Positions 19,390 to 28,402 of a stretch of 64,000 nt of DNA are shown here, one piece after another. The notes below the pieces were generated by a model. That model had not been told where the DNA came from, searched no databases, and worked only from the letters and a program-made list of their open reading frames with translations. A program made the position numbers and the translations under genes. The stretch is taken from contig JASFLY010000008.1 of the NCBI GenBank assembly GCA_050117845.1, forward strand, positions 1 through 64,000. Reading direction: 5' to 3'. The DNA is from Candidatus Zixiibacteriota bacterium (GTDB taxonomy: Bacteria; RBG-13-66-14; B26-G2; WVWN01). Every line of letters starts with the position of its first letter. Position 1 is the first letter of the stretch.

Positions 19390-19940
19390 GTAGGGGCGCA
19401 ACGCGTTACGCCCCCGCTCGTAATGGTGGGGTCGGCATTCCTGCCGGCGGGGTAATTCCCTCATTATCTAAAACCTAATGTGGCCGCACCTGAAGGTACG
19501 GCCCTACGAAAACTACTTGGGGTGGCGTCGGATGTTATGGTTGGTGGGGCCGGCATTCCTGCCGGCCGTAAAAAGGAGGCCGTCAGGTGGTAACACCTGA
19601 CGGCACAAAAACCGGGTGCCACCGACATTCCTGTCGGTGTTTAAGATGTAGGGGCCGGTCCAAAGACCGGCCCGTTTACTCGTAATGGTGGCGCCGGCAT
19701 TCCTGCCGGCGGGGTACTTCCCTCATTATCCAAAACCTAACGTGGCCGCACCTGAAGGTACGGCCCTACGAAAACTACTTGGGGCGGCGTCGGATGTTAC
19801 GGTTGGTGGGGCCGGCATTCCTGCCGGCCGTAATATGGAGGCCGTCGGGCGGTAACACCTGACGGTACAAAGACGAAATAGCGTAGGGCCGTATTTCTGA
19901 TGATATTTTAACGGGCCGACCTTCAGCGTTGCGCCCCTAA
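19390..19940. repeat. REP cluster 3, with an approximately 195-bp unit repeated at 262-bp spacing
   Basis: Copies start ctcgtaatggtgg at 19417 and 19679. Each contains GCCGGCATTCCTGCCGGC, GTGGCCGCACCTGAAGGTACGGCCCTAC and GCCGTCaGGtGGTAACACCTGACGG types. Confidence 0.9.
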
Positions 19941-20018
19941 CTGTATAACGCGGTGCACCCCCCGGTCGTTGATTTACCCCCGGCCGCGTGTTATATTTTA
20001 ACCGAAGGAGTCCAGCCT

Positions 20019-21317
20019 ATGCCCCGAAAAAGAGCCGGCCGCAGCCCGTACGTGCGGGAAAACGTCCTGGCGCTCCGGCGCCGGCGCCGTTTCGTCGAAA
20101 TCTACTTCGTCATCGCGCTCGTCATCGTGGCCGGGATGCTCATCCTCCACACCCTCTACGTCATCGAGCGCCTCCGCCACGAGTTCCGCGTCACCAGCCG
20201 GGCGTACGCCACCTTCCAGATGCTCCTCGCCTCCGACCTCCAGGACCCGGCCATGGACGAGGTCATCATCCTCCTGGCCCGGGATATAGGCCGGACGATG
20301 AACTTCCCCACGGTGGCCACCGACGTGTCGGGCACGCCCCAGGTCTGGTGGCCCGGCTACAACGACAAGCTGGGCCCCGACCCCGACAAGAACCTCGAGA
20401 TAGTCAAGGGGTTGGCGAAGGACCTCGACCGCGAGCACGAACCCATACCCATCGTCCGCTATTATATCGACCCGGAAACCGGCCGGCCGGCGGACGAACT
20501 GCTGGGCCACTTCCACTACGGCGAGCCCGGCGGCGTGCGCCTCCTGTACTGGGTGCCGGCGATGGAGCTGGTGCTCATCGGCGCGTTCGCCTTCGCCGGC
20601 GTCATCGCGTACCGGCGCCTCAAGCGGACGGAACAGCAGGCCATTTGGGCCGGTATGGCCCGGGAGACGGCCCACCAGCTCGGGACGCCGGTCACGTCGC
20701 TCATCGGGTGGCTGGAGCATCTGCGGGAGCGAGCCGGCGACGACGAGGCCCTGCGGGAACCGCTCGTCGAGATGGGTGAGGACATCAAACGCCTAGAGAA
20801 GGTCGCGGCCCGCTTCCAGGAGATAGGCGCGCCGTTGCGGTTGGCCGAGGGCGACATCGTGCCGCTGGTCGAGCGCGCGATGGCCTACGGGAAACGGCGG
20901 GCGCCGGCGCAGGCCCGCATCTCCTTCAACGTACGGACGCCCTCCGAGCTCCGCGTCCCCCACAGTCCGGTCCTCATCGAGTGGGTGGTCGAGAATTTCG
21001 TCAAAAACGCGGTCGACGCCACCAAGGGCCTGCCACCCGGTAAGGGCGAAATATCGGTGGAGGCGCGGGCGGAACGGGATTTCGTGACCATCGCCGTCAC
21101 GGACAACGGCGTGGGCATCGAGTCCGCCGAGATGGGCCTGATATTCACTCCCGGCTACAGCACCAAGGAGAAAGGCTGGGGGTTGGGCCTCTCGCTCGTC
21201 AAGCGCATCGTGGAGGAGGTCCACCGCGGCCGCCTCGAGGTGCGGAGCGAGCCGGGCCGGGGGGCGACCTTCACGGCCTATATCCCGATAGGCCTTCCGG
21301 CCCGAGGGGGGAAGTAA
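20019..21317 (+). CDS. Membrane sensor histidine kinase (no adjacent response regulator)
   Basis: Two TMs, ETAHQLGTP H-box, ENFVKNAVDA N-box, DNGVG, GWGLGLS; GAAGGAG RBS. Confidence 0.92.
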   Translation: MPRKRAGRSPYVRENVLALRRRRRFVEIYFVIALVIVAGMLILHTLYVIERLRHEFRVTSRAYATFQMLLASDLQDPAMDEVIILLARDIGRTMNFPTVATDVSGTPQVWWPGYNDKLGPDPDKNLEIVKGLAKDLDREHEPIPIVRYYIDPETGRPADELLGHFHYGEPGGVRLLYWVPAMELVLIGAFAFAGVIAYRRLKRTEQQAIWAGMARETAHQLGTPVTSLIGWLEHLRERAGDDEALREPLVEMGEDIKRLEKVAARFQEIGAPLRLAEGDIVPLVERAMAYGKRRAPAQARISFNVRTPSELRVPHSPVLIEWVVENFVKNAVDATKGLPPGKGEISVEARAERDFVTIAVTDNGVGIESAEMGLIFTPGYSTKEKGWGLGLSLVKRIVEEVHRGRLEVRSEPGRGATFTAYIPIGLPARGGK

Positions 21318-21860
21318 ACGACGCGCGCCGTACGTATCGCTACCGGGCGCCGGGGCGCGGCCCGCTTGTGGCCGGCTCTCCTGCCGTTGCTGTTCGCCGC
21401 GTGCGGCGGGGCCCCCGCGCCGGTCGGCGATTTCTCGCTGACGGCCGACAGCCTGGGCGAGATCCCGATGCCGTCGGACGCCCGGCGGCCGGAGAACCTC
21501 GCCAAGGCCCAGGACGGCTCCATGGCGACCCGGTGGACGACCGGCGCGAATATGGAGCCGGGTCATTTCGTGGAACTCGAGTTCCCCGAGCCGCGGCGCG
21601 TCGCCGGATTGACGTTGGACGCCGGGACCGCGGCCGAGGACTTTCCCGCCCGCTTCGTCGTCGAGGTCTCGGCCGGCGGGACGGACTGGAAAGAGGCGTT
21701 CGCCGGGGGTCCCGACGCGACGAAAGGCGGCCTGACGAGGGTCAAGTTCCGCCGGGCCGAAGAGGTTAAATACATATTGATAACCGTATCCGAGGCCAAA
21801 GACCGTTGGTGGTCGATATACGAGATAGAAGTGGAATATGCGGATGATGAAGAAAAATAA
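21318..21860 (+). CDS. Lipoprotein with F5/8 type C (discoidin) domain; start uncertain (ACG 21318 or TTG 21366)
   Basis: LLFAAC lipobox; AQDGSMATRWTT, FVVEVS, WWSIYEIEV. Confidence 0.75.
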   Translation, partial: TTRAVRIATGRRGAARLWPALLPLLFAACGGAPAPVGDFSLTADSLGEIPMPSDARRPENLAKAQDGSMATRWTTGANMEPGHFVELEFPEPRRVAGLTLDAGTAAEDFPARFVVEVSAGGTDWKEAFAGGPDATKGGLTRVKFRRAEEVKYILITVSEAKDRWWSIYEIEVEYADDEEK

Positions 21861-22374
21861 TCGGCGTTACGGGGCCGGTTGGTGGAGAACGGCCGGCTAC
21901 TCGGCTTTGATATGCGCGGCCGCGGCCCTTCTGGCGTGCGACGGGAACGGCCCCGGCTTCGAATTGGAGGCCGGAAGTACGGGCGAGGACGACATGCCCT
22001 TCGAGGTGCAGCGGCGGGACGAACTCGCCAAGGCGTGCGACGGCGACCCGACGACGCGGTGGACGACCAACGTTCCGATGAGGCCGTGGTTCTATATCGC
22101 GATTCACCTGAAAGAACCCCGCCGCGTGCGGACCGTCATCCTGAACGCCGAGGGCTCGCCGAAAGACCATCCCCGGCGCTTCCTCGTGGAGGTTTCGCGG
22201 GACGGGAAGGGCATACGCGAAGTCGCCCGCGGCACCAATAAGAATACCAAGAAGGGCATCACGCGCATCGACCTCGACCCGGAGGAAGAAGTCGACCTGA
22301 TAATGATAACGGTACAGGACACGCGGCGTTACTTCTGGTCCATCCACGAGTTGGAAATCGAGTATGCCGATTAG
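21844..22374 (+). CDS. Lipoprotein with F5/8 type C (discoidin) domain, paralog
   Basis: LLAC lipobox; ACDGDPTTRWTT, FLVEVSRDG, FWSIHELEI. Confidence 0.78.
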   Translation: MMKKNNRRYGAGWWRTAGYSALICAAAALLACDGNGPGFELEAGSTGEDDMPFEVQRRDELAKACDGDPTTRWTTNVPMRPWFYIAIHLKEPRRVRTVILNAEGSPKDHPRRFLVEVSRDGKGIREVARGTNKNTKKGITRIDLDPEEEVDLIMITVQDTRRYFWSIHELEIEYAD

Positions 22375-24166
22375 GAAGGCCGGCGCGACGCGGGCCGGAC
22401 GTAATTTCCTATCGGCGGTCGGGGCGTGGTTCGGCGGCGGCGCCGGTTTCGACGGGGCGCTGGTCGTCCTTTTTGCGGTACTCGCTTATCGGGCGGCGTA
22501 CGGCCTCGTCGCCTTCGACTCGATAGCGGTACCCGTTTTCGATTTCTTCGGATTCCGGGACCTGGCGGAGAGCTTCTCGCGGCTCGAGTTGCCCGCCTTT
22601 TTCAAGCGCGGCCCCGGCTATCCGTTCCTGATGGCGCTGTGGCCTTTCAGCTTCGGCGGTGCCGACCGCCTGTTGCAGGGGGGCGAGGTCGTCAGTTATC
22701 TGGCCGGCGTGGGGACGCTGGTTTTCTTATATCGATGGACGAGGCCGCGTTTCGGCCGGGCGGCGGTGCTGGTCGTGGCGACGGCCGCCGGTTTCGCCAC
22801 CTTCGTCGAACATACGATCCAACCGCTCTGCGACGTCACGCTCGCCTTCTTCGTGACGGCGGCGGCGGCGGAAGCGGGGAAGGGAAAGGGTTGGGCGTAC
22901 GTGGCCGCGGCGTTCGCGGCCGCGACCCGCTACGAGGCGGCGGTGCTCATACCGCTGGTGGCGCTGGCCGATTACAAACACTGGCGGGGCCGCCGGCGTT
23001 TGATAGCGTACGCGGCCCTGGCGGCCGTACCGGTGGGGGCGTGGCTCGCGCTCAGCATAGTCCACTCCGAAGTCGTCAACCCCTACGTCGAGCAGATGCT
23101 CGCGCTCCAGCCGGTGGGGACGGCGTTCCTGGACGTCACGGCCTACGCGGTCTTCACGCCCTGGGTGCCGCACCTCGTGTTCGTGAAATACATTTTCTGC
23201 GCGGCGGCCGTGGCGGGGATAATCGTCGCGGTTATCCGGGGAGGGGCCGGCGCCCGCGTTTACGCCGGCTTCGCGGCCTGCTACGTCGTAATCCACATGC
23301 TCTTCCCCTTCGCCTTCGACCGTTTCGTCGTGCCGTTGATACCGCTTTTGGCCGTGGGCCTGGTGGCCGCGGGGCAGGAAATCGTGCGATGGGCGGGCCG
23401 CTGGAATCGCGGATGGGTGTGGCTTGCCGCGGGCGTTCCGGCGGTGGCGGTTTGGGCCTCGGGCGTCTTTACGTCCTTTACCGCCCGCCGGGAGGAACCG
23501 GCGCTTCTGGTCTGGGGGGCCGCGCTGCCGCTCCTCATCCTGACGGTCGCGGCGGCGGGCGCGGCGTTCTTCCGGCGGGGCGTGCCCCGGCGGGAGGTGG
23601 CCGGCCGTCTCGGCGCGGCCTTCGTCGCCGTCGCCATACTGTCGTTTTTCGTAAACGGACAGATGAGGTTCTGGGAGTCGCGCTGGTACTCGTACCGCTA
23701 CGGAGGTTCGACGATTCGGACGGCGGGCGAGGTCCTGGGGAAGGTGGCCCGGCCCGACGACACCGTCTGTTCGGCGTGGGGAGAGGTGCTTCTGTACTAC
23801 GCGCGGCCGACGTCGTTCCATACGATGTTGCCGCGCAATATGAGGCCCGTTAAAACCCGGTTCTTCCCGGGCAAAGCGGCCCGCAGAGGCGTTAATTACA
23901 TATGTTACGATAGCATTTCCGCGGCCGACGCGGACACTTATTTCGGGTCGATAACCGGCGCCGGCCTTCTGGCGCGGTTCGCCGAAGGCCGGAACGTGCC
24001 GCCTTACGAACATTGGGTGACGCTGCGGCGGGGCTGGGAATACGCTCACCTGTACCGCCGCCGGCCGGGGTGGAAACCGAAATCGGACGGAAACGCGTCC
24101 GAGAAAGGGATAGAAGGAAATGAGTTCAGCGAAGGGACTGAAGGAGAAACTCCCGGACAGGAGTGA
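22364..24166 (+). CDS. Polytopic membrane protein, GT-C glycosyltransferase-like
   Basis: Many TMs; DFFGF, RGPGYPFLMA, ATRYEA and DRFVVP motifs; C-terminal soluble domain. Confidence 0.7.
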   Translation: MPIRKAGATRAGRNFLSAVGAWFGGGAGFDGALVVLFAVLAYRAAYGLVAFDSIAVPVFDFFGFRDLAESFSRLELPAFFKRGPGYPFLMALWPFSFGGADRLLQGGEVVSYLAGVGTLVFLYRWTRPRFGRAAVLVVATAAGFATFVEHTIQPLCDVTLAFFVTAAAAEAGKGKGWAYVAAAFAAATRYEAAVLIPLVALADYKHWRGRRRLIAYAALAAVPVGAWLALSIVHSEVVNPYVEQMLALQPVGTAFLDVTAYAVFTPWVPHLVFVKYIFCAAAVAGIIVAVIRGGAGARVYAGFAACYVVIHMLFPFAFDRFVVPLIPLLAVGLVAAGQEIVRWAGRWNRGWVWLAAGVPAVAVWASGVFTSFTARREEPALLVWGAALPLLILTVAAAGAAFFRRGVPRREVAGRLGAAFVAVAILSFFVNGQMRFWESRWYSYRYGGSTIRTAGEVLGKVARPDDTVCSAWGEVLLYYARPTSFHTMLPRNMRPVKTRFFPGKAARRGVNYICYDSISAADADTYFGSITGAGLLARFAEGRNVPPYEHWVTLRRGWEYAHLYRRRPGWKPKSDGNASEKGIEGNEFSEGTEGETPGQE

Positions 24167-25499
24167 TTTCCCGGACGTCGATTACTGGGAGGTCCGCCTG
24201 GAATCGGAGGAGCAGACTACCGTAAACGTCAGGGACGGCGACGTCGAAGTCGTCGCCGGTCGGGACGTGGACCGCGGCAACGTTCGGGTACTCGCCCGCG
24301 GCGGCTGGGGTTTCTCGTCGTTCAACCGCCACGCCGACGTGCGGGAACACATCGCCCGGGCGGTCGCCTTCGCCCGCAGCGTGGGCGGCGGCGACGCGTC
24401 GGTGCTGCCGCTCGGGCCCGTGGAAGCCTCGGTTCCGGCGCGCTACGAGCGGCATCCCCGGGACGTTTCGTTCGAGGAAAAACTGGATACCGTCCGGTCT
24501 TACGACGAGATAGTACGGGAACACCCGGCCGTAATTTCGACCACCGTGTCGTACGAGGACACGGTGCGGAACAAGGTCTTCCTGAATTCCGAGGGCCGGC
24601 TCGTCGAGGAGGAGCTGGTATACACCCGGGGCATCGTCCGCGCCACCGGCAAGGCGGACGGCGTCCCGGAAAGCCACTCCGCGAGTTTCCGTTATCACGC
24701 CGGCTTCGAGGCCTTCGTCGAACTACGCGACCGGATCCCGGAGATGCTCGAGGGCCTCGAGGAGCAGCTGGCCGCCGAGGACGCCCGCGGCGGGACGTAC
24801 GACGTCATCGTCAACCCGATGCTGGGGGGCGTGTTCGTGCACGAGGCCTTCGGCCACACCAGCGAGGCCGACCACTTCTACCGCGACGCCGGAATGACCG
24901 ACGTCATGCGGCTGGGGCGGACCATGGGCTCGAAGGCGATAAGCATCGCCGACGACGCGACGCTCTCGCCCAAACACTCCGGCTGCATCGAGTACGACGA
25001 CGAGGGCGTGGAGGGGAAGCGGACCGAACTCATGCGCGAGGGCGTTCTGACCGGCCACCTCCACAACCGCACCACCGCCGCCGTACTGGGCGAGGAGTTG
25101 ACCGGAAACGCCCGGGCGCTCCACGCGTCGTTCCCGCCCATCGTCCGCATGACCGCGACGGTGATCGAGCCGGGCGAGGCCACGCTGGACGACTTGTTGC
25201 ACGAGATGGGGGACGGCCTGCTGGTGAAGGACAGCCGCGGCGGCATGGGCGGCGAGAACTTCACGTTCAGCGCCCGCGTCGGCTATCTGGTCGAGGGCGG
25301 CAAGTTAACGAAACCGGTGAAGAACCTGACGCTCACCGGGAACCTTTTCACCACCCTCAAAAACATCGCCGCGTGTTCGAACGAGCGGGAGTTGTTCAGT
25401 TCGGCCGGAGGCTGCGGCCGCGGCGCCCAATCCCCCCTGCCGGTCAGCTTCGGCAGCCCGCACGTCTTGATTAAAAACGCGCTCATAGGAGGTCGGTAG
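24120..25499 (+). CDS. tldD: TldD metalloprotease
   Basis: HEAFGHTSEAD (HExxxH), YDDEG, TGNARA, PIVRMT, GCGRG.QSPLPVSFGSP. Confidence 0.9.
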   Translation: MSSAKGLKEKLPDRSDFPDVDYWEVRLESEEQTTVNVRDGDVEVVAGRDVDRGNVRVLARGGWGFSSFNRHADVREHIARAVAFARSVGGGDASVLPLGPVEASVPARYERHPRDVSFEEKLDTVRSYDEIVREHPAVISTTVSYEDTVRNKVFLNSEGRLVEEELVYTRGIVRATGKADGVPESHSASFRYHAGFEAFVELRDRIPEMLEGLEEQLAAEDARGGTYDVIVNPMLGGVFVHEAFGHTSEADHFYRDAGMTDVMRLGRTMGSKAISIADDATLSPKHSGCIEYDDEGVEGKRTELMREGVLTGHLHNRTTAAVLGEELTGNARALHASFPPIVRMTATVIEPGEATLDDLLHEMGDGLLVKDSRGGMGGENFTFSARVGYLVEGGKLTKPVKNLTLTGNLFTTLKNIAACSNERELFSSAGGCGRGAQSPLPVSFGSPHVLIKNALIGGR

Positions 25500-25500
25500 C

Positions 25501-26784
25501 ATGAGCCGAGAATATTACGATGTATATCGCGCCGAGGTCGACCGCATCCCCGTCAACTTCGAGGGCGGAGCCCTGACCGAGATCCAGGGCCGCACGAGCG
25601 AGTTTTCAACCTGCCGCTACGTCCGGGAAGGCAAGGTCGGATACTACACGGCCAGCGCCCGGCCCGACGACGAACTCGTGGCCCGGGCCGGCGAGGCGGC
25701 GGCTTACGGGAACGAGCTGGACGTGGATCTCCCGGCGCCGCAGGACGTGCCGGCCGTGGCCTCCTATTCCGAGACGACGGCGGCCCTCGGAGCGGCGGAG
25801 ATGGTCGAGTGGGGCCGGCAAATAATCGAGGGCGTCCGGGAAGGCGTAGGCAAGGACCTCCCGGTCGACGTGCAGCTCGAACGCGAGGTAATAAAGTCCT
25901 CTATCTCGAACTCGAAGGGCGTGGCGTACGAGCACCGGGCGACGTCGATATCGGTGGGGGCCTCGCTGATGGAGGCGGCCGAGGGGGACCTCCACTCCGT
26001 TTTCGACGTCGAGTACTCGACCGACGCGGAGAACGTCGAGCCCGACCGCATGATCAACTGCATCGTGGATTACTACCGCCGGGGCCTCGAGACCACGAGC
26101 GTGCCGACGGCCGCCATGCCCGTCCTCCTGCACCCGTTCGCGGTGCCGCTGTTTTTGGTGCCGCTCCTCGCGGGCCTCGACGGCGAGCGCGTCAAGGACA
26201 AGACCTCGCCGCTTATCGGTAAACTCGGGGAGAGCATTTTCCACGAGGCCGTGACGATAGCCGACGACCCCTTCCTCCCCGGCGTCCCCGGGGGCGCGCC
26301 GTTCGACGGCGAGGGCGTCGTGGCCCGGCGCCGGCCGCTCGTCGAGAAGGGCGTTCTGCGGTCCTTCAACCACACGCTGGAGACGGCCAAGGCCGCCGGC
26401 GAAGAAGCGACCGGCGGCGCCCACCGCGGGGCCGCCGGCAAACCGGCGCCCGGGATATTCAACCTGGTCATGGAGGCCGGCGACACGCCGCACGAGGATA
26501 TCCTCCGCTCCATCGACCGCGGCCTCTTCCTCCGGTACATGTCCGGGAGCGGCCAGGGCAACAACCTCGCCGGCGAGTTCCAGATGGCCGTGTACTCCGG
26601 CTACCTCATCGAGGGCGGCGAGCTGACCAAACGCCTCAAGAACGTCATGGTGGCGGGCAACGTTTACGACGTCTTCCGCCGGGTCGAGGCCGTGTCCTCG
26701 GATCGGGTTCCGGGCTGGGACGACGACTACAACGTGCTGGCCCCTTACGTTTTGCTGGGCGACGTCTCGGTCGCCGGGGGTTAG
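25501..26784 (+). CDS. pmbA: PmbA/TldE protein
   Basis: Follows tldD; PFDGEG, G.LRSF.H and GEF motifs; lacks HExxH. Confidence 0.85.
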   Translation: MSREYYDVYRAEVDRIPVNFEGGALTEIQGRTSEFSTCRYVREGKVGYYTASARPDDELVARAGEAAAYGNELDVDLPAPQDVPAVASYSETTAALGAAEMVEWGRQIIEGVREGVGKDLPVDVQLEREVIKSSISNSKGVAYEHRATSISVGASLMEAAEGDLHSVFDVEYSTDAENVEPDRMINCIVDYYRRGLETTSVPTAAMPVLLHPFAVPLFLVPLLAGLDGERVKDKTSPLIGKLGESIFHEAVTIADDPFLPGVPGGAPFDGEGVVARRRPLVEKGVLRSFNHTLETAKAAGEEATGGAHRGAAGKPAPGIFNLVMEAGDTPHEDILRSIDRGLFLRYMSGSGQGNNLAGEFQMAVYSGYLIEGGELTKRLKNVMVAGNVYDVFRRVEAVSSDRVPGWDDDYNVLAPYVLLGDVSVAGG

Positions 26785-26823
26785 CGCGGCTCCGGCCGGA
26801 CGCCGAGGGCGCGCTTGGATTCG

Positions 26824-28341
26824 ATGCGGGCTACCGTTAAAGGGAGAGGACTGCTTCTCGTTTACGTGGCCGCCGTGCTGGCGTACGGCGGCTTCTGGTG
26901 CGCCTTCACCTACGTCCCCACGCAGGACGGCCCCGCGCACCTCTCCTCCGCGGTGGTTTTCAACTCCCTCCTCGCCGGGGACGCCGCGTTCGCCGGCAAG
27001 TACGACCTTAACCTGACCGCCGCGCCGTACTGGACCTATCACGCCGTCATGGCGCCGCTGCTCGCGGCGTTCCGTCCCCTCGTCGCCGAGAAGATATTCC
27101 TCTTCCTCTACGTCGCGCTCTTCGCCGCCGCCGGGTGGTTCGCCACGCGGGCCGCCGCCGGAAAGGCCTCGGCGCTCGGCCTCCTGTCCCTCGTCTTCGC
27201 CACGTCCTTCCCCTTCCAGATGGGCTTCTACAATTTCATGGCGGGCGTGCCGCTCTTCCTGCTGGCGGCGTCGTATTACCGGGCGGGCCGGGAGCGGGGG
27301 GGCGGCCGGTTTTGGATTATCCTCAACCTCCTCGTCACGGCCTGTTACTTCTCGCACCTCCTGGCCTGGGGGGCCGCGGTACTCGCGATCATGGTGTTCG
27401 CCGCCTGGCCCGCCGGCCCTCGGGGCCGCGTGAAGTCGCTTTGCCGGGCCGCGCTCTACCTCGTCCCGTCGTACGTCCTGCCGGCGTACTTCCTCCTGAC
27501 CGTGCCGAAGGGCGGGGACTTCGGCCGCCATTCCGTCGGGTGGCTCGTCCGGGAGCTGGCCTTCGTCCGGGCGCCGGTCTCCTTCGGCCCGTGGCAGGAA
27601 GCTATATCGTGGGCGCTGGCGGCGACGTACGCCGTGCTACTGGTCGCGGCCGTCGTGGCCCGGCTTCGCGGCGGGAGGCCCGTATTGCGCCCGGGCGACG
27701 CGTTCGCGGCCGCGGCCCTCGTCTTCGTCGTGGCGTATTTCGCGCTCCCCGGCGAAGCGCCGCCGGGAGTGTACTACATCTCGGAGCGGATGGCGCTCTT
27801 CCCCTTCCTTCTGATAACGCCGTGGCTCGCGGCGAACCTCCCCCGCGGGTGGGGGAGGCCGGCGGCGTGGGCGGCGGTCGTCCTGGTGCTGGCCAACCTC
27901 GTGCCGCTGGGCCTCTACTACGCCCGCGAGAACGAGAAGCTGCGGATCGCGAATTCGGGATACTGCGTCGTGGCGCCGGGACGCTTTCTCTTGCCGATGA
28001 TAAAGGACCCGGTCGCGCGGGAGCGGCGGGTCGAGTCGCTCCGGCACGTGGCCGCTTATTACGTCATCGCCGCCGACGGATGCAACCTGGCGGACATGGC
28101 CGCCGCGACGTCCTATTTCCCCATAAAATTCGCGGCCGGCGTAACGCCCGCGGCCTACGTCGGCACCTTCAGCAATCTGCGCGTCTACGACGTCGAGGGT
28201 TCCCGGCCGGTCCCCGATTACGTCATTTCGTACAACATCAATCCCTTCATCCCGGCGACACGGCCCGTCTTCGAGCACTACCGGCCGGTCCACTTCCAGG
28301 GTCGTTTAATCATATACGAACGAGGCCGGGACGGCCGGTAA
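26824..28341 (+). CDS. Polytopic membrane protein, probable GT-C fold
   Basis: PTQDGPAHL first loop, PYWTYH, MGFYNF, YFSHL and ISERM motifs; many TMs. Confidence 0.65.
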   Translation: MRATVKGRGLLLVYVAAVLAYGGFWCAFTYVPTQDGPAHLSSAVVFNSLLAGDAAFAGKYDLNLTAAPYWTYHAVMAPLLAAFRPLVAEKIFLFLYVALFAAAGWFATRAAAGKASALGLLSLVFATSFPFQMGFYNFMAGVPLFLLAASYYRAGRERGGGRFWIILNLLVTACYFSHLLAWGAAVLAIMVFAAWPAGPRGRVKSLCRAALYLVPSYVLPAYFLLTVPKGGDFGRHSVGWLVRELAFVRAPVSFGPWQEAISWALAATYAVLLVAAVVARLRGGRPVLRPGDAFAAAALVFVVAYFALPGEAPPGVYYISERMALFPFLLITPWLAANLPRGWGRPAAWAAVVLVLANLVPLGLYYARENEKLRIANSGYCVVAPGRFLLPMIKDPVARERRVESLRHVAAYYVIAADGCNLADMAAATSYFPIKFAAGVTPAAYVGTFSNLRVYDVEGSRPVPDYVISYNINPFIPATRPVFEHYRPVHFQGRLIIYERGRDGR

Positions 28342-28402
28342 AGGCCGAAAAAAACACTCGCCATCGGGCGAGCGTTTCTTATTCCTCGTAGCGATTCGCG
28401 CC

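Noticed and set aside
7200..19940. Palindrome clusters as a CRISPR array
   Set aside because: The repeats are heterogeneous and irregularly spaced, no cas genes are present, and the GTAG ends plus a RAYT explain them as REPs.
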